64,000 nucleotides of DNA from Alphaproteobacteria bacterium (GTDB lineage: Bacteria > Pseudomonadota > Alphaproteobacteria > UBA828): positions 768,001 to 832,000 of the forward strand of contig OZ243972.1 in the NCBI GenBank assembly GCA_965214705.1, given 5' to 3'. Positions 1-9,074 of the stretch are shown piece by piece. Both the position numbers and the translations under genes were made by a program. The notes under the pieces were generated by a model, which ran no database searches, was not told the DNA's origin, and saw nothing but the letters and a program-made list of their open reading frames with translations. The first letter of the stretch is position 1. Each line of letters starts with the position of its first letter.

Positions 1-1180
1 CGGGGTCGTCAATCTCGGCACCATCGTCTCCGGCGACTGGCGCGAGCCCTTCGTCGAAGGCGACGCCCTCGTCGCCGCCGACGGCATACTGGAAGCCGTC
101 GGCCAGGTGCCGCCGGCCGCCCTCGACGCCTGCGAGATCGTGATCGACGCCGGTGGAGCCACAGCGATTCCGGGGCTGATCGATTCCCAGGTCCACGTCA
201 CCTTCGGCGACTTCACGCCGCGCCAGAACACCGTGGGCTACCTCACCAGCTACGTTCACGGTGGCACCACCACGGCGATCTCCGCCTCGGAGGTGCACGT
301 GCCGGGCCGGCCGAAAGACCCCGCCGGGGTCAAGGCGCTGGCGGTGGCGGCCTTCAAGTGCTTCGAGCATTACCGGCCGGGCGGCATGCGCGTGCACGGC
401 GGCTCCATCATCCTGGAGCCCGGCCTCACCCGCGCCGATTTCGACGACGTGCACCGCGACGGCGTCTGGCTCGCAAAGGCGGGTTTCGGCGCGGTTGAGA
501 CGGCGCGGGATTACGTGGCACTGGTACGCCACGCCAGGGACGCCGGCCTGCTCACGACTCTGCACACCGGCGGCGCCTCGATCCCCGGCTCCTTCCCGAT
601 TACCGGCGCGGACCTGATCGCCATCGACCCCACGGTCTCCTTCCACATCAACGGCGGGCCGGTCGCCATCGAGGACCGTTACTTCGAGCAGGTGGCGGCG
701 GAGACCGGGATCGCCATGCAGGTCTGCACCGCCGGCAACCTGCGGACCACGCTGCTCTGCGCCGAGATGGCGCGCAAGCACGACGCCTTCGACCGCTTCC
801 TGATCGCGACCGACACGCCCACCGGAAGCGGTGTCATGCCGCTCGGCATGATCTACACCATGGTCCACATCGCCTCGCTCGCGGGCTTCGATCCGACCTG
901 GATGATCGCCGCCTCCACGGGGAACGTGGCCGAGACCTACGGGCTGAACAGCGGTTTCTTGCGACCGGGGCGGGATGCGGACGTGGTCATCGTCGACGCC
1001 CCGCTCGGCGCTACCAGGCCGGATGCGCTTTCGACCATGAGTAACGGCGACCCGGTCGCCATCGGCGCCGTGATCACCGACGGCATCCCCCGCTTCGTCG
1101 GCCGCAGCCGCAACACCCCGCCGACCACGCGCAAGGTCGCCGTCGCCCGCTGCGAGATCCCGGCCTTCGATCCGGCTTAG
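1..1180 (+). CDS. Enamidase-like amidohydrolase (5' end outside the window)
   Basis: Frame is open from nt 2 (GVVNLGTIVSGDW...). Motifs PGLIDSQVH, HTGGASIPGS, SFHINGGP and SRNTPP match what I recall of enamidase-type amidohydrolases. Confidence 0.8.
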   Translation, partial: GVVNLGTIVSGDWREPFVEGDALVAADGILEAVGQVPPAALDACEIVIDAGGATAIPGLIDSQVHVTFGDFTPRQNTVGYLTSYVHGGTTTAISASEVHVPGRPKDPAGVKALAVAAFKCFEHYRPGGMRVHGGSIILEPGLTRADFDDVHRDGVWLAKAGFGAVETARDYVALVRHARDAGLLTTLHTGGASIPGSFPITGADLIAIDPTVSFHINGGPVAIEDRYFEQVAAETGIAMQVCTAGNLRTTLLCAEMARKHDAFDRFLIATDTPTGSGVMPLGMIYTMVHIASLAGFDPTWMIAASTGNVAETYGLNSGFLRPGRDADVVIVDAPLGATRPDALSTMSNGDPVAIGAVITDGIPRFVGRSRNTPPTTRKVAVARCEIPAFDPA

Positions 1181-1192
1181 GCCGAATTCTCC

Positions 1193-1852
1193 TCAGTCGA
1201 TCTCGTCTTCGGGGACGATCCAGGGTTCTTGAAGCGCCGCGTCGCGCCATTCGACGAAGGCCGGGAGGGTGAGCACGGCGCGGCTGTAGGCAGCGCAGGT
1301 CTCGTCGAGATCGACCCCGTAGGTATCGAGCCGGGTGACGACCGGCGCATACATGGCGTCGGCCGCGCAGAAGGCGCCGAACAAGAAGTCGCCGCCGGCG
1401 CCGTAGCGGCTGCGGCAGTCCCGCCAGATCTCGCAGATGCGGGCGATATCGTCGTCGACCCCCGGCCCGCGGCCCCTCCCCTTGAGGTCGAGGCGACGCA
1501 GGTTCATGGGCATGTGGTTGCGGAGCGCGGTGAAGCCCGCGTGCATCTCATTGGAAATCGCGCGGGCCGTAGCGCGCGCATCACGGTCCTCGGGCCAGAG
1601 CCCCACGTCCGGGAACAGCTCGTTGACGTATTCGATGATCGCCAGGGTCTCCCAGATCGTGTGCTCGCCGTGCTGGAGAACGGGGACGCGCCCGGACGGC
1701 GAGACAGCGGCGATGGCCTCCTTCCAGTTGTCGTCGAACAGCAAGAGCAGCCGCTCCTCGAACGGGATTCCGGCGTGGCGCAGCGCAAGCCAGGGCCTGA
1801 GCGACCAGGACGAGTAGTTCTTGTTGCCGATGATCAGGGTGAGATCGCTCAT
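1193..1852 (-). CDS. Glutathione S-transferase family protein
   Basis: GNKNYSSWSLRPW N-terminal motif, SPSGRVPVL, WETLAI; start taken at the MSDL ATG (1852). Confidence 0.9.
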   Translation of the reverse strand: MSDLTLIIGNKNYSSWSLRPWLALRHAGIPFEERLLLLFDDNWKEAIAAVSPSGRVPVLQHGEHTIWETLAIIEYVNELFPDVGLWPEDRDARATARAISNEMHAGFTALRNHMPMNLRRLDLKGRGRGPGVDDDIARICEIWRDCRSRYGAGGDFLFGAFCAADAMYAPVVTRLDTYGVDLDETCAAYSRAVLTLPAFVEWRDAALQEPWIVPEDEID

Positions 1853-1931
1853 GGTGTTACGCACCTGCGCTCCACGTCGCTCCGGGCGGCGAACTATAGC
1901 GCCGCCTTATGCGCCGGCAATGCCAGGCGGT

Positions 1932-2345
1932 CTAACGCGTAGCGTCGATGGTCTGAACGTGGCCGCCGGCGGCGTAGGAGAGGATGGCGAAATCGGCCGT
2001 GAGCAGCGGCGCACCGCACTGACGGGCGGTCGCGATAATGAGGCGATCAGCGGGATCGGCGCGAAACACCCCGGGCAGCCGCACGCTGTCGGCGGCGATC
2101 GCAGGCTCGATGGGCAGCAGCTTGATGCCAGGCAGGGCGAGCACCGCCCTGATCCACGCGCCGACCTCCTGCGCGAGCCGGAGGCGGCCCCGCTCCGCCA
2201 ACAGAGCGATTTCCCACAGCGTGATGGCGGAAACGCCGATGTCGTCCGACTGCCCTGCCCCGGCGATGGCAGCGCGCGCCTCGGGTCCCAGCCGACGCTC
2301 GTCTTCGATGGCCCAGAGCAACACGTGCGTGTCGAGTACGATCAC
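1932..2345 (-). CDS. vapC: VapC-type PIN-domain toxin
   Basis: IVLDTHVLLW ... SAITLWE ... DPADRLIIATA ... LLTAD; overlaps the antitoxin stop by 4 nt. Confidence 0.9.
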   Translation of the reverse strand: MIVLDTHVLLWAIEDERRLGPEARAAIAGAGQSDDIGVSAITLWEIALLAERGRLRLAQEVGAWIRAVLALPGIKLLPIEPAIAADSVRLPGVFRADPADRLIIATARQCGAPLLTADFAILSYAAGGHVQTIDATR

Positions 2346-2584
2346 CGTGCGGCGTTCCAGTCGGCGGGATCGAGTGCCGGCAGGAAGGGATCGTCGTAGG
2401 ACAACACCGATCCCTTCATGGCGCCGATGATGGATCGATCCTCGCCTTCGGGCCGCACCGGCGCGAGCACAGCGACCGGCCGGCCGCGATTGGTGATGGT
2501 CACCGGCTCGCCGTCTTCGCCCATCTCATTGATAATACGGAGACATTTCGCCTGAAATTCAGACGCCGCAATCGTCTTGCCCAT
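2342..2584 (-). CDS. Phd/YefM-family antitoxin
   Basis: 80 aa, ASEFQAKCLRII...VTITNRGRPVAVL; lies directly upstream of the PIN toxin. Confidence 0.9.
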   Translation of the reverse strand: MGKTIAASEFQAKCLRIINEMGEDGEPVTITNRGRPVAVLAPVRPEGEDRSIIGAMKGSVLSYDDPFLPALDPADWNAAR

Positions 2585-2603
2585 GATTTCTGCCTGAAAA
2601 AAT

Positions 2604-2644
2604 ACACGTACGTGTTATATATACGTATTATCAAAGAACGTCAA
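2604..2644 (-). promoter_or_regulatory. Sigma70-like promoter with palindromic operators for the TA pair
   Basis: Minus strand reads TTGACG-17 nt-TATATA (2644-2616). Palindromes ACACGTACGTGT (2604-2615) and ATACGTAT (2621-2628) flank or overlap the -10 box. Confidence 0.6.
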
Positions 2645-2674
2645 TCCGGCGAGGCCGGTCTGATCCCGAAGGGC

Positions 2675-3379
2675 TCAGTCGCCGGAATCGTCCTCGTCGG
2701 CGCCGCTCATCAGCTGGGAGAAGCGCACCGGCAGGATTTCCTCGGTCTCGAACCGACCGTCCCCGTCCTTGGTGACGAGCAACAGGCGCTGATCATCCTC
2801 CAGCCCGGCGGGGATCACCATGCGCCCGCCGGGCTTGAGCTGTTGCAAGAGTGCCGGCGGGAGCAGGTCGGGCGCAGCGGTCGCGATGATGCGATCGTAG
2901 GGCGCATGGTCGGGCCAGCCCAGGCTGCCGTCGCCGATGCGGAACTGGACGTTGCCGTAGCCCTGCTCGTCGAGCCGGCGGCGGCCGCTCTGGGCCAGCT
3001 CCTCGATCAGCTCGACCGTATAGACCTCGGCCGCGAGCTCCGCCAGCAGCGCCGCCTGATAGCCGAGCCCGGTGCCGATTTCGAGCACCCGGTGCTCCCC
3101 GCCGATCTCCAGCAGGTCGGTCATCAGCGCGACGATGAAGGGCTGCGAGATGGTCTTGCCGCAGCCGATGGGGAGCGGTGAATCGAGGTAGGCGTAGAGC
3201 GCCATCTCCACCGGCACGAATGCGTGGCGCGGCACCCGGCCGATCGCCTCCATGACATCGCCCGCGATAGCGTCGCGGCCGGTCTTGCCGCTGGCATGGT
3301 CGGCGTGAAGCGCCACCTGTTCGACCATGGTCCGGCGCAGGATCGCGAATTGGTCTTCGTTGGTATTCGCCGCCGTCAT
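2675..3379 (-). CDS. pcm: Protein-L-isoaspartate O-methyltransferase
   Basis: VPRHAFVP, TISQPFIVALM, VLEIGTGLGYQAA, GDGSLGWPDHAPYDRI; start at MTAANT (3379). Confidence 0.92.
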   Translation of the reverse strand: MTAANTNEDQFAILRRTMVEQVALHADHASGKTGRDAIAGDVMEAIGRVPRHAFVPVEMALYAYLDSPLPIGCGKTISQPFIVALMTDLLEIGGEHRVLEIGTGLGYQAALLAELAAEVYTVELIEELAQSGRRRLDEQGYGNVQFRIGDGSLGWPDHAPYDRIIATAAPDLLPPALLQQLKPGGRMVIPAGLEDDQRLLLVTKDGDGRFETEEILPVRFSQLMSGADEDDSGD

Positions 3380-3599
3380 GGCTCGTTCCTGCGCCTCGGC
3401 GTACGCGTGCTCGCGGGCACCGCGCCCGCCCGTCGCCCCGAAGGGGCGCCACAGAGTGTCACCCCGATTGCTGCTATAAGTAACGCATCTACGCGACAGC
3501 CGCGAGCCCACCGGTGACGATCCTCTGCCCCGTCCGCCCTTGCGCGGGGAGACCGCCCCGCTCTGATGCAACCCGCCCAGCCGGGCGTCCGGCCCGCGC

Positions 3600-5021
3600 A
3601 TGACCGGCTCGCTCGCGCTGCCGCTCTGGATTCTCGCGGTGGTCGGTGCACTCGCGCTCTGGGCCGCGCTTGACCGGATCCTGATGCCGAGCGCGCGCTG
3701 GTTCCTGCGCCGCCGCCTCAACCGCATGATCGAGGAGGTCAACACGCGGCTCGAGCTGCAGATCCCGGCGTTCCAGCAGACCAAGCGCCGGGTGCTGATC
3801 GACCAGCTCGCCTGCGACCCGCACGTGATGGAGGCGATCGAGGCCGAGGCCGAGGCCACCGGCACACCGCGCGAGGTGCTGAGCCGGCAGGTGGAGCGCT
3901 ACGCCCGCGAGATTGTGCCTTCCTTCAACGCCTACGCCTACTTCCGCATCGGCTATCACCTCGCGCGACGGGCGGTGGAAAGCCTCTACCGCGTGCGCCT
4001 CGGCTATTCCGACGACGAAGCGCTGGCCCGCATCGAGCCCGGCGCCAGCGTCGTCTTCGTGATGAACCACCGCAGCAACATGGACTACGTGATCGTCGCC
4101 TACATGGCGGCGCATCGCTCCGCGCTCAGCTACGCCGTGGGCGAATGGGCGCGGGTCTGGCCGCTCAGGATGCTGGTGCGCTCGCTCGGCGCCTACTTCG
4201 TGCGCCGCGGCTCGGGCAGCCGCCTCTACCGCCAGGTGCTGGCCCGCTACGTGCAGGCGGCGACGGCCGGCGGCGTGGTCCAGGCGGTCTATCCCGAGGG
4301 CGGCCTCAGCCGCGACGGCCGCCTGCGCAAGCCCAAGCTCGGGCTCATCAACTACATGGTCACGTCCTTCGACCCGGAGGGGACCCGCGATCTGGTCTTC
4401 GTCCCCGTCGGAATCAATTACGACCGGGTGTTGGAGGACCGCATGCTGGTCCGCGCACCGGGCCCCGGCGAGCCCCGGCGCAGCCGGGCGCGGGTGCTCG
4501 CCACCGCGCTCCGCTTCGCCGCGCATAACGTGAGCCTGATGATCCGGCGGCGCTGGTACCGTTTCGGCTACGCCTGCGTGAACTTCGCCGCACCGATCTC
4601 CATGCGGGACTACGCCAAGGCGAACGGGCTCGATTTCCGCACGCTGGAGCTGGAGGCCCGCCACGAGGCCGTCGAAAAACTCGGCGGCGAGCTATTGGAG
4701 GCGATCGCCGCAGCGATCCCGGTGCTTCCGGTGTCCCTGGTGGCGACGGTGTTCGTGCGTGCGGACGGGGCCCTTGATTTGCTGGAAATCAAGGGGCGCA
4801 CCCAGGCGCTGATCGACCGGCTGGAGCGCGAGGGCGCCTACGTCCACATCCCGCGCGCCGACCGCGACTACGCCGTTACCGTGGGGCTCCGCATGCTGAC
4901 GCTCCGCCACTTCGTGACCGAAGCGGACGGACTCTATCGCGCCAACGAAGGCGAGCGCGACATGCTGCGCTATTACGCCAACGCCATCGAGCACTTCCTG
5001 CCCGAGCGGACGGACGACTAA
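3600..5021 (+). CDS. Glycerol-3-phosphate acyltransferase family protein (PlsB/PlsC-like)
   Basis: HX4D motif NHRSNMD, GAYFVRR, YPEGGLSRDG; N-terminal hydrophobic segment. Confidence 0.85.
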   Translation: MTGSLALPLWILAVVGALALWAALDRILMPSARWFLRRRLNRMIEEVNTRLELQIPAFQQTKRRVLIDQLACDPHVMEAIEAEAEATGTPREVLSRQVERYAREIVPSFNAYAYFRIGYHLARRAVESLYRVRLGYSDDEALARIEPGASVVFVMNHRSNMDYVIVAYMAAHRSALSYAVGEWARVWPLRMLVRSLGAYFVRRGSGSRLYRQVLARYVQAATAGGVVQAVYPEGGLSRDGRLRKPKLGLINYMVTSFDPEGTRDLVFVPVGINYDRVLEDRMLVRAPGPGEPRRSRARVLATALRFAAHNVSLMIRRRWYRFGYACVNFAAPISMRDYAKANGLDFRTLELEARHEAVEKLGGELLEAIAAAIPVLPVSLVATVFVRADGALDLLEIKGRTQALIDRLEREGAYVHIPRADRDYAVTVGLRMLTLRHFVTEADGLYRANEGERDMLRYYANAIEHFLPERTDD

Positions 5022-5075
5022 GCGGGGGAGGGGACGCGCCGGCGCCAGGAGCCGCCGGCGCGCTGGATTACTCGA

Positions 5076-5387
5076 TTACTCCACGCCTTCGACGAAGTAG
5101 ACGCTGCTGTTGGAGGCCCGGAAGCGCATCGGCAGCACCGCCTGATATTCGGCGCAGTTGTACCACTCCTTCGCCCTTTCCATGCTCTCGAAGCGGATGA
5201 TCACGATTCTGGGCGGCTTCGACATGCCGTCCATGTGAGCGACGTTGGTGGTGGCGGCGACCAGCTCCCCGCCGTAGGCCGCGACCGAGGGGCCGGCCTT
5301 CTCGGCGTATTCGTCCATGAGCGCTTGGTCAGTCACTTGCGATTCGGAAATCAGATAGGCAGCAGAGCCACTTGCAAAATTCCGCAT
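5076..5387 (-). CDS. DUF1330-family protein; native start separated by an IS, replacement ATG inside the IS end
   Basis: YLISESQVTD...YGG...IVIIRFESMERAKEWYNCAEYQ. Removing IS 5365-6866 plus one AGCA gives GGAGA-RBS, then ATG CCT GCT GCC TAT (MPAAYLISE) with the ATG at 6875. Confidence 0.75.
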   Translation of the reverse strand: MRNFASGSAAYLISESQVTDQALMDEYAEKAGPSVAAYGGELVAATTNVAHMDGMSKPPRIVIIRFESMERAKEWYNCAEYQAVLPMRFRASNSSVYFVEGVE

Positions 5388-6866
5388 TTGAGCGGGATTT
5401 TGCCGCCGTGGCGGTCAGATTGTCCTGGAAATCGGGACCGCTCTCTGTTCCTGTCGGGTTTCGGACAACGTCGACGGAGAGGGCGGCCCCATGTCGCTGG
5501 GACAGACACTATCCGGATTCTGGCATCACATTCAAGCGGATCTTTTCCCGTGGCTTGAGGAGGAGCTCGGGCCGCTCGGCGAGAGGTACCGGCGCTTCGT
5601 CACCGTGCTTGAGCTTGCGCGGGTCGAGAGCTTCCTTCCCCATTTCCATGGCCTGCCCGGTCGGCCGGTCGAGGATCGGGCGGCCTTGGCCCGCGCCTTC
5701 ATCGCCAAGGCGGTGTTCGACGTACCCACGACGCGCGCCCTGATCGAGCGCCTTGAGAACGACAAGACGCTACGCCGTCTCTGCGGCTGGACCTATGCCG
5801 CAGAGATCCCGAGCGAGGCGACGTTTTCGCGGGCGTTTGCGGAGTTCTCCGAGAGTGCGTTGCCCGCTCGCGTGCATGAGGCGCTGATCAAGCAGACCCT
5901 CGGAGACCATCTGGTCGGGCACGTCTCGCGCGACTCGACGGCGATCGAGGCGCGCGAGAAGCCTCAGCCCAAGCCCAAGGCGGAGAAGCCGAAGCGCAAG
6001 CGCGGCCGCCCGCGCAAGGGCGAGGAGCGGCCCAAGGAGGAGCGCCGCGTGAAACGCCAGCTCACGATGAGCTTGCCCCAGATGCTCGACGACCTGCCGA
6101 AAGCCTGCGACGTCGGCACCAAGCGCAACGCCAGGGGCCATACCACATCGTGGATCGGTTACAAGCTGCACATCGACGCCGCCGATGGCGGCATTCCGAT
6201 CAGTTGCATCCTGACGTCCGCCTCGCTGCACGACAGCCAGGCCGCGATCCCGCTGGCGAGTATGACCGCCGACCGCGTCACCAATCTGTACGACCTCATG
6301 GACTCAGCCTATGACGCGCCCGAGATCGGCTGGCACAGCTACCTGCTGGGCCACGTCCCGATCATCGACGTCAACCCTCGCGACAAGGAGTACAAGGAGG
6401 AGCTGGCGCGCGAGGCCAGGGCGCAGAGAGGCGTCGGTCACCGCCACCCGGCGGACGAGCGCTACAACGAGCGCTCGAACATCGAGCGCATCAACGGTGG
6501 GCTGAAGGACAACTGCGGGGGCCGCCATGTCCGCGTGCGCGGCCATGCCAAGGTTCATTGCCACCTGATGTTCGGCATCCTGGTGCTGACGGTCGACCAG
6601 CTGATGCGCCTCCTGGCCTGAGCGGCGCCTCCGTCGCTGTCACGCCGGCACGCCTCCCTCCGCGGAGGCGCAAAAAGCCATGTCCGCATCGCGACGGCGG
6701 GTCCAAAATGCGCCCGCATGGGCATCGGTTTGCGGCGAATCGGCGCCCCGGCGGCAGCCAGCGACGTCCGCTCGTCCCGAAGTTCATGTTACGTTCCGAC
6801 CGTCAATGTCCTCACGCCGGGCTCTCGGGAAAAGCAGACCGCGCCTGGGAGTTTTGCAAGTGGCTC
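5365..6866 (+). mobile_element. Insertion sequence with DDE transposase (IS5/IS1182-like), 1502 bp
   Basis: TIRs GAGCCACTTGCAAAA (5365-5379) and TTTTGCAAGTGGCTC (6852-6866), 18/19 match when extended; 4-bp target duplication AGCA (5361-5364 and 6867-6870). Confidence 0.93.
5491..6621 (+). CDS. DDE transposase
   Basis: PSEATFSR, SRDSTAI (D1), WIGYKLH, LMDSAYD (D2), YNERSNIERIN (YREK-like, E). Confidence 0.9.
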   Translation: MSLGQTLSGFWHHIQADLFPWLEEELGPLGERYRRFVTVLELARVESFLPHFHGLPGRPVEDRAALARAFIAKAVFDVPTTRALIERLENDKTLRRLCGWTYAAEIPSEATFSRAFAEFSESALPARVHEALIKQTLGDHLVGHVSRDSTAIEAREKPQPKPKAEKPKRKRGRPRKGEERPKEERRVKRQLTMSLPQMLDDLPKACDVGTKRNARGHTTSWIGYKLHIDAADGGIPISCILTSASLHDSQAAIPLASMTADRVTNLYDLMDSAYDAPEIGWHSYLLGHVPIIDVNPRDKEYKEELAREARAQRGVGHRHPADERYNERSNIERINGGLKDNCGGRHVRVRGHAKVHCHLMFGILVLTVDQLMRLLA

Positions 6867-6911
6867 AGCAGGCATGAAAGGTCTCCTTGGGTTGTGTCGT
6901 TTCGGGGAGGA

Positions 6912-8939
6912 TCAGAGCTTGCGGGCCTGGCGGTGGCCTTCGTAGACCGCCTCGTAAGCCGAGCGCGGCGCGTTGGCGTCGCCGATGGTCTCGACCGAGA
7001 CGCCTCGCGCGGCGACCGCATTGTGCAGCGCGTTCTCGGAGCGCCGGCCGGTTGCCATGACGATCCAGTCGGCCTCGATCGTCCGCTCCGCCTCTTCGTG
7101 GTGGACATTGTAGAGCGTCACCTTGTCGCCCTCGATGCGGCGGACGAAGTGATCGACGCAAACCGTCACCCCGGTCTGGTAGAGCTTGGGCAGGATCCAG
7201 TCGAGATAGACGTCGAGGATGGTCTCCATGCCCACCATGGGCCAGCGAGTGACCAGCGTCACCTCGTCGGCCCCACCCTCCTTGCAGGCGACGGCGGTGA
7301 GCGGCGCCACCACGTCACAGAGGTCGTCCAACACCATTACCTTGCCGCGCGGCCGGGCCTGGCCCTGGGCGACCGTATCCCAGCCGACGCAGTTGCCGGT
7401 CTCCCAGCCTGGGAGCCCCTCGCTGGTCCAGCCCTGGAAGCCATCGACCGCGATTGAAGACCCTGTGGCCACGACCACGTGGTCGGGCTTCACCGTCTCC
7501 AGCGCCTGATCCAGATCTTCCTCCGTCACCGGTGCGCCGGTGACGATGCGGGTGCCGTTCTTCTCGGCCTGCGCCGCGAGCCAGCGGCCAATCTCGCCGT
7601 ATTCGGCCCGGGTCGGCAGCAGCGACTGCACCCGCACGTGGCCGCCGGTCTCGCCCTCGGCCTCGTAGAGCGTCACGTTGTGGCCGCGGGCCGAGGCGAC
7701 GCGCGCGTATTCCAGCCCGGCCGGGCCGCCGCCGATGACCAGCACCGACTTGGGATCGGCCACCTTGACCAGCGTGCCCTCGCCCCACTTTCCCTCTCGG
7801 CCCACGGTGGGGTTGTAGATGCACTGCACCCGGCCGCCCCGGCTCACGCTCTTCCAGCAGAAGTTCGCGGCAACGCAAGCGCGAATGTCGTCGGTGCGGC
7901 CCTCCTGCGCCTTCTTGGCCCAGTGGGGGTCGGTGAAGAGCTGGCGGGCGAGGCAGATGGCATCGCCGTCGCCGGCTTCCAGCAGCCGCTCGGCCACGTC
8001 CGGCGTGGTGATGCGGCCCACCAGCAGCACCGGCTTGGATGATATCTCACGGATCTTGCGGGCGTAGCCGCGCTCCCAGCCGGCCTCGAACTCCATCGGC
8101 GTGTGGATGAAGGCGTGATGCACGCCGGCCGAGACGTTGACGTAGTCGATGTCCGCCCGCTTCTCGATCTCGGCGACGATGTCCCGCACCTCGTCGATTT
8201 CCAAATCGCCCGGCCAGAACGAGGTCGAGTTGATGCGGTAGCCGACGAACCTGTCGTCGCCGGCGGCAGCGCGCATCCGCTTCAATGCTTCGAGGGGGAA
8301 GCGCAGGCGGTTGTCCAGCGAGCCGCCCCAGCGGTCGGTGCGCTTGTTGTAGAGCGGCGAGATGAACTGCCAGGGCAGGTAGCCGTGGCTGAGATGGAGT
8401 TCAACCCCGTCGAGCCCCGCCGCGAACGCACGGACTGCAGCGCTGCCGAAGGCCTCTAGCAGCTCCTCGATCTCGTCCTCGTCGAGCTCCTTGGGCGTGG
8501 ACGCGCCGGGGAACTCGCCCAGGGGCACCTGGCTCGGCGAGACGGAGTACCAGGTCTCATCGGGGTCGTAGGTGGCCTCCTGCTTGAAGGTGGGGAAGCC
8601 CCGCACGCCCGAGTGCCAGAGCTGGATCGCGAGCTTGCAGCCTTCGGCGTGGACCGCGTCCGCGATTTTCGACAGCGGCTCGATCTGCCGGTCGTCGAAG
8701 AGCTGCGGCATGAGCAATGGCGCCATGAGTGAGCTCCGGTGGACATGGGTCCCGCCGATGATGATGAGGCCGACCCCTCCCTCGGCGCGTTCCCGGTAGT
8801 AATGGGTCGCCATGTCGATGAAGAGCCCGTTCCACGGGTCGGAGACCCAGCTCGGGCAGGTTGGCGGGAACACCACGCGGTTCTTGATCGTGGTGTTACG
8901 GATCTTCCATTCCGAGAAAAGCCGTGGATAAGCCGCCAT
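6912..8939 (-). CDS. Old-yellow-enzyme family NADH:flavin oxidoreductase with Fe-S and FAD domains (TMADH/DCR-like)
   Basis: YYRERAEGGVGLII, QLWHSG, HGYLPWQFISP...NKRTDRWGG, CxxxxxC...C cluster, GGGPAG; start at MAAYPRLF (8939). Confidence 0.88.
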   Translation of the reverse strand: MAAYPRLFSEWKIRNTTIKNRVVFPPTCPSWVSDPWNGLFIDMATHYYRERAEGGVGLIIIGGTHVHRSSLMAPLLMPQLFDDRQIEPLSKIADAVHAEGCKLAIQLWHSGVRGFPTFKQEATYDPDETWYSVSPSQVPLGEFPGASTPKELDEDEIEELLEAFGSAAVRAFAAGLDGVELHLSHGYLPWQFISPLYNKRTDRWGGSLDNRLRFPLEALKRMRAAAGDDRFVGYRINSTSFWPGDLEIDEVRDIVAEIEKRADIDYVNVSAGVHHAFIHTPMEFEAGWERGYARKIREISSKPVLLVGRITTPDVAERLLEAGDGDAICLARQLFTDPHWAKKAQEGRTDDIRACVAANFCWKSVSRGGRVQCIYNPTVGREGKWGEGTLVKVADPKSVLVIGGGPAGLEYARVASARGHNVTLYEAEGETGGHVRVQSLLPTRAEYGEIGRWLAAQAEKNGTRIVTGAPVTEEDLDQALETVKPDHVVVATGSSIAVDGFQGWTSEGLPGWETGNCVGWDTVAQGQARPRGKVMVLDDLCDVVAPLTAVACKEGGADEVTLVTRWPMVGMETILDVYLDWILPKLYQTGVTVCVDHFVRRIEGDKVTLYNVHHEEAERTIEADWIVMATGRRSENALHNAVAARGVSVETIGDANAPRSAYEAVYEGHRQARKL

Positions 8940-9074
8940 GTCGCATTCCCCCCTGTCGCGGGCACCCCGCCGGCCGGGTGCCCTGTGCACAAACGCCACG
9001 GTCCATTACACTCGGCTTGGCGCGGGAATGCCAGTTTCGCGGCCTCGGGCCTGCTCAAACACGGGAGGGCGGCG

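Noticed and set aside
3489-4664. Long antisense and alternative-frame ORFs here and throughout (e.g. 20294-22099, 45639-47663, 53297-54805, 61493-63301)
   Set aside because: Shadow ORFs expected in high-GC DNA; they overlap well-supported genes and have no motifs.
9018-9032. Possible sigma54 promoter upstream of the LarA-like gene
   Set aside because: GG-to-GC spacing is 9 nt rather than the required 10.
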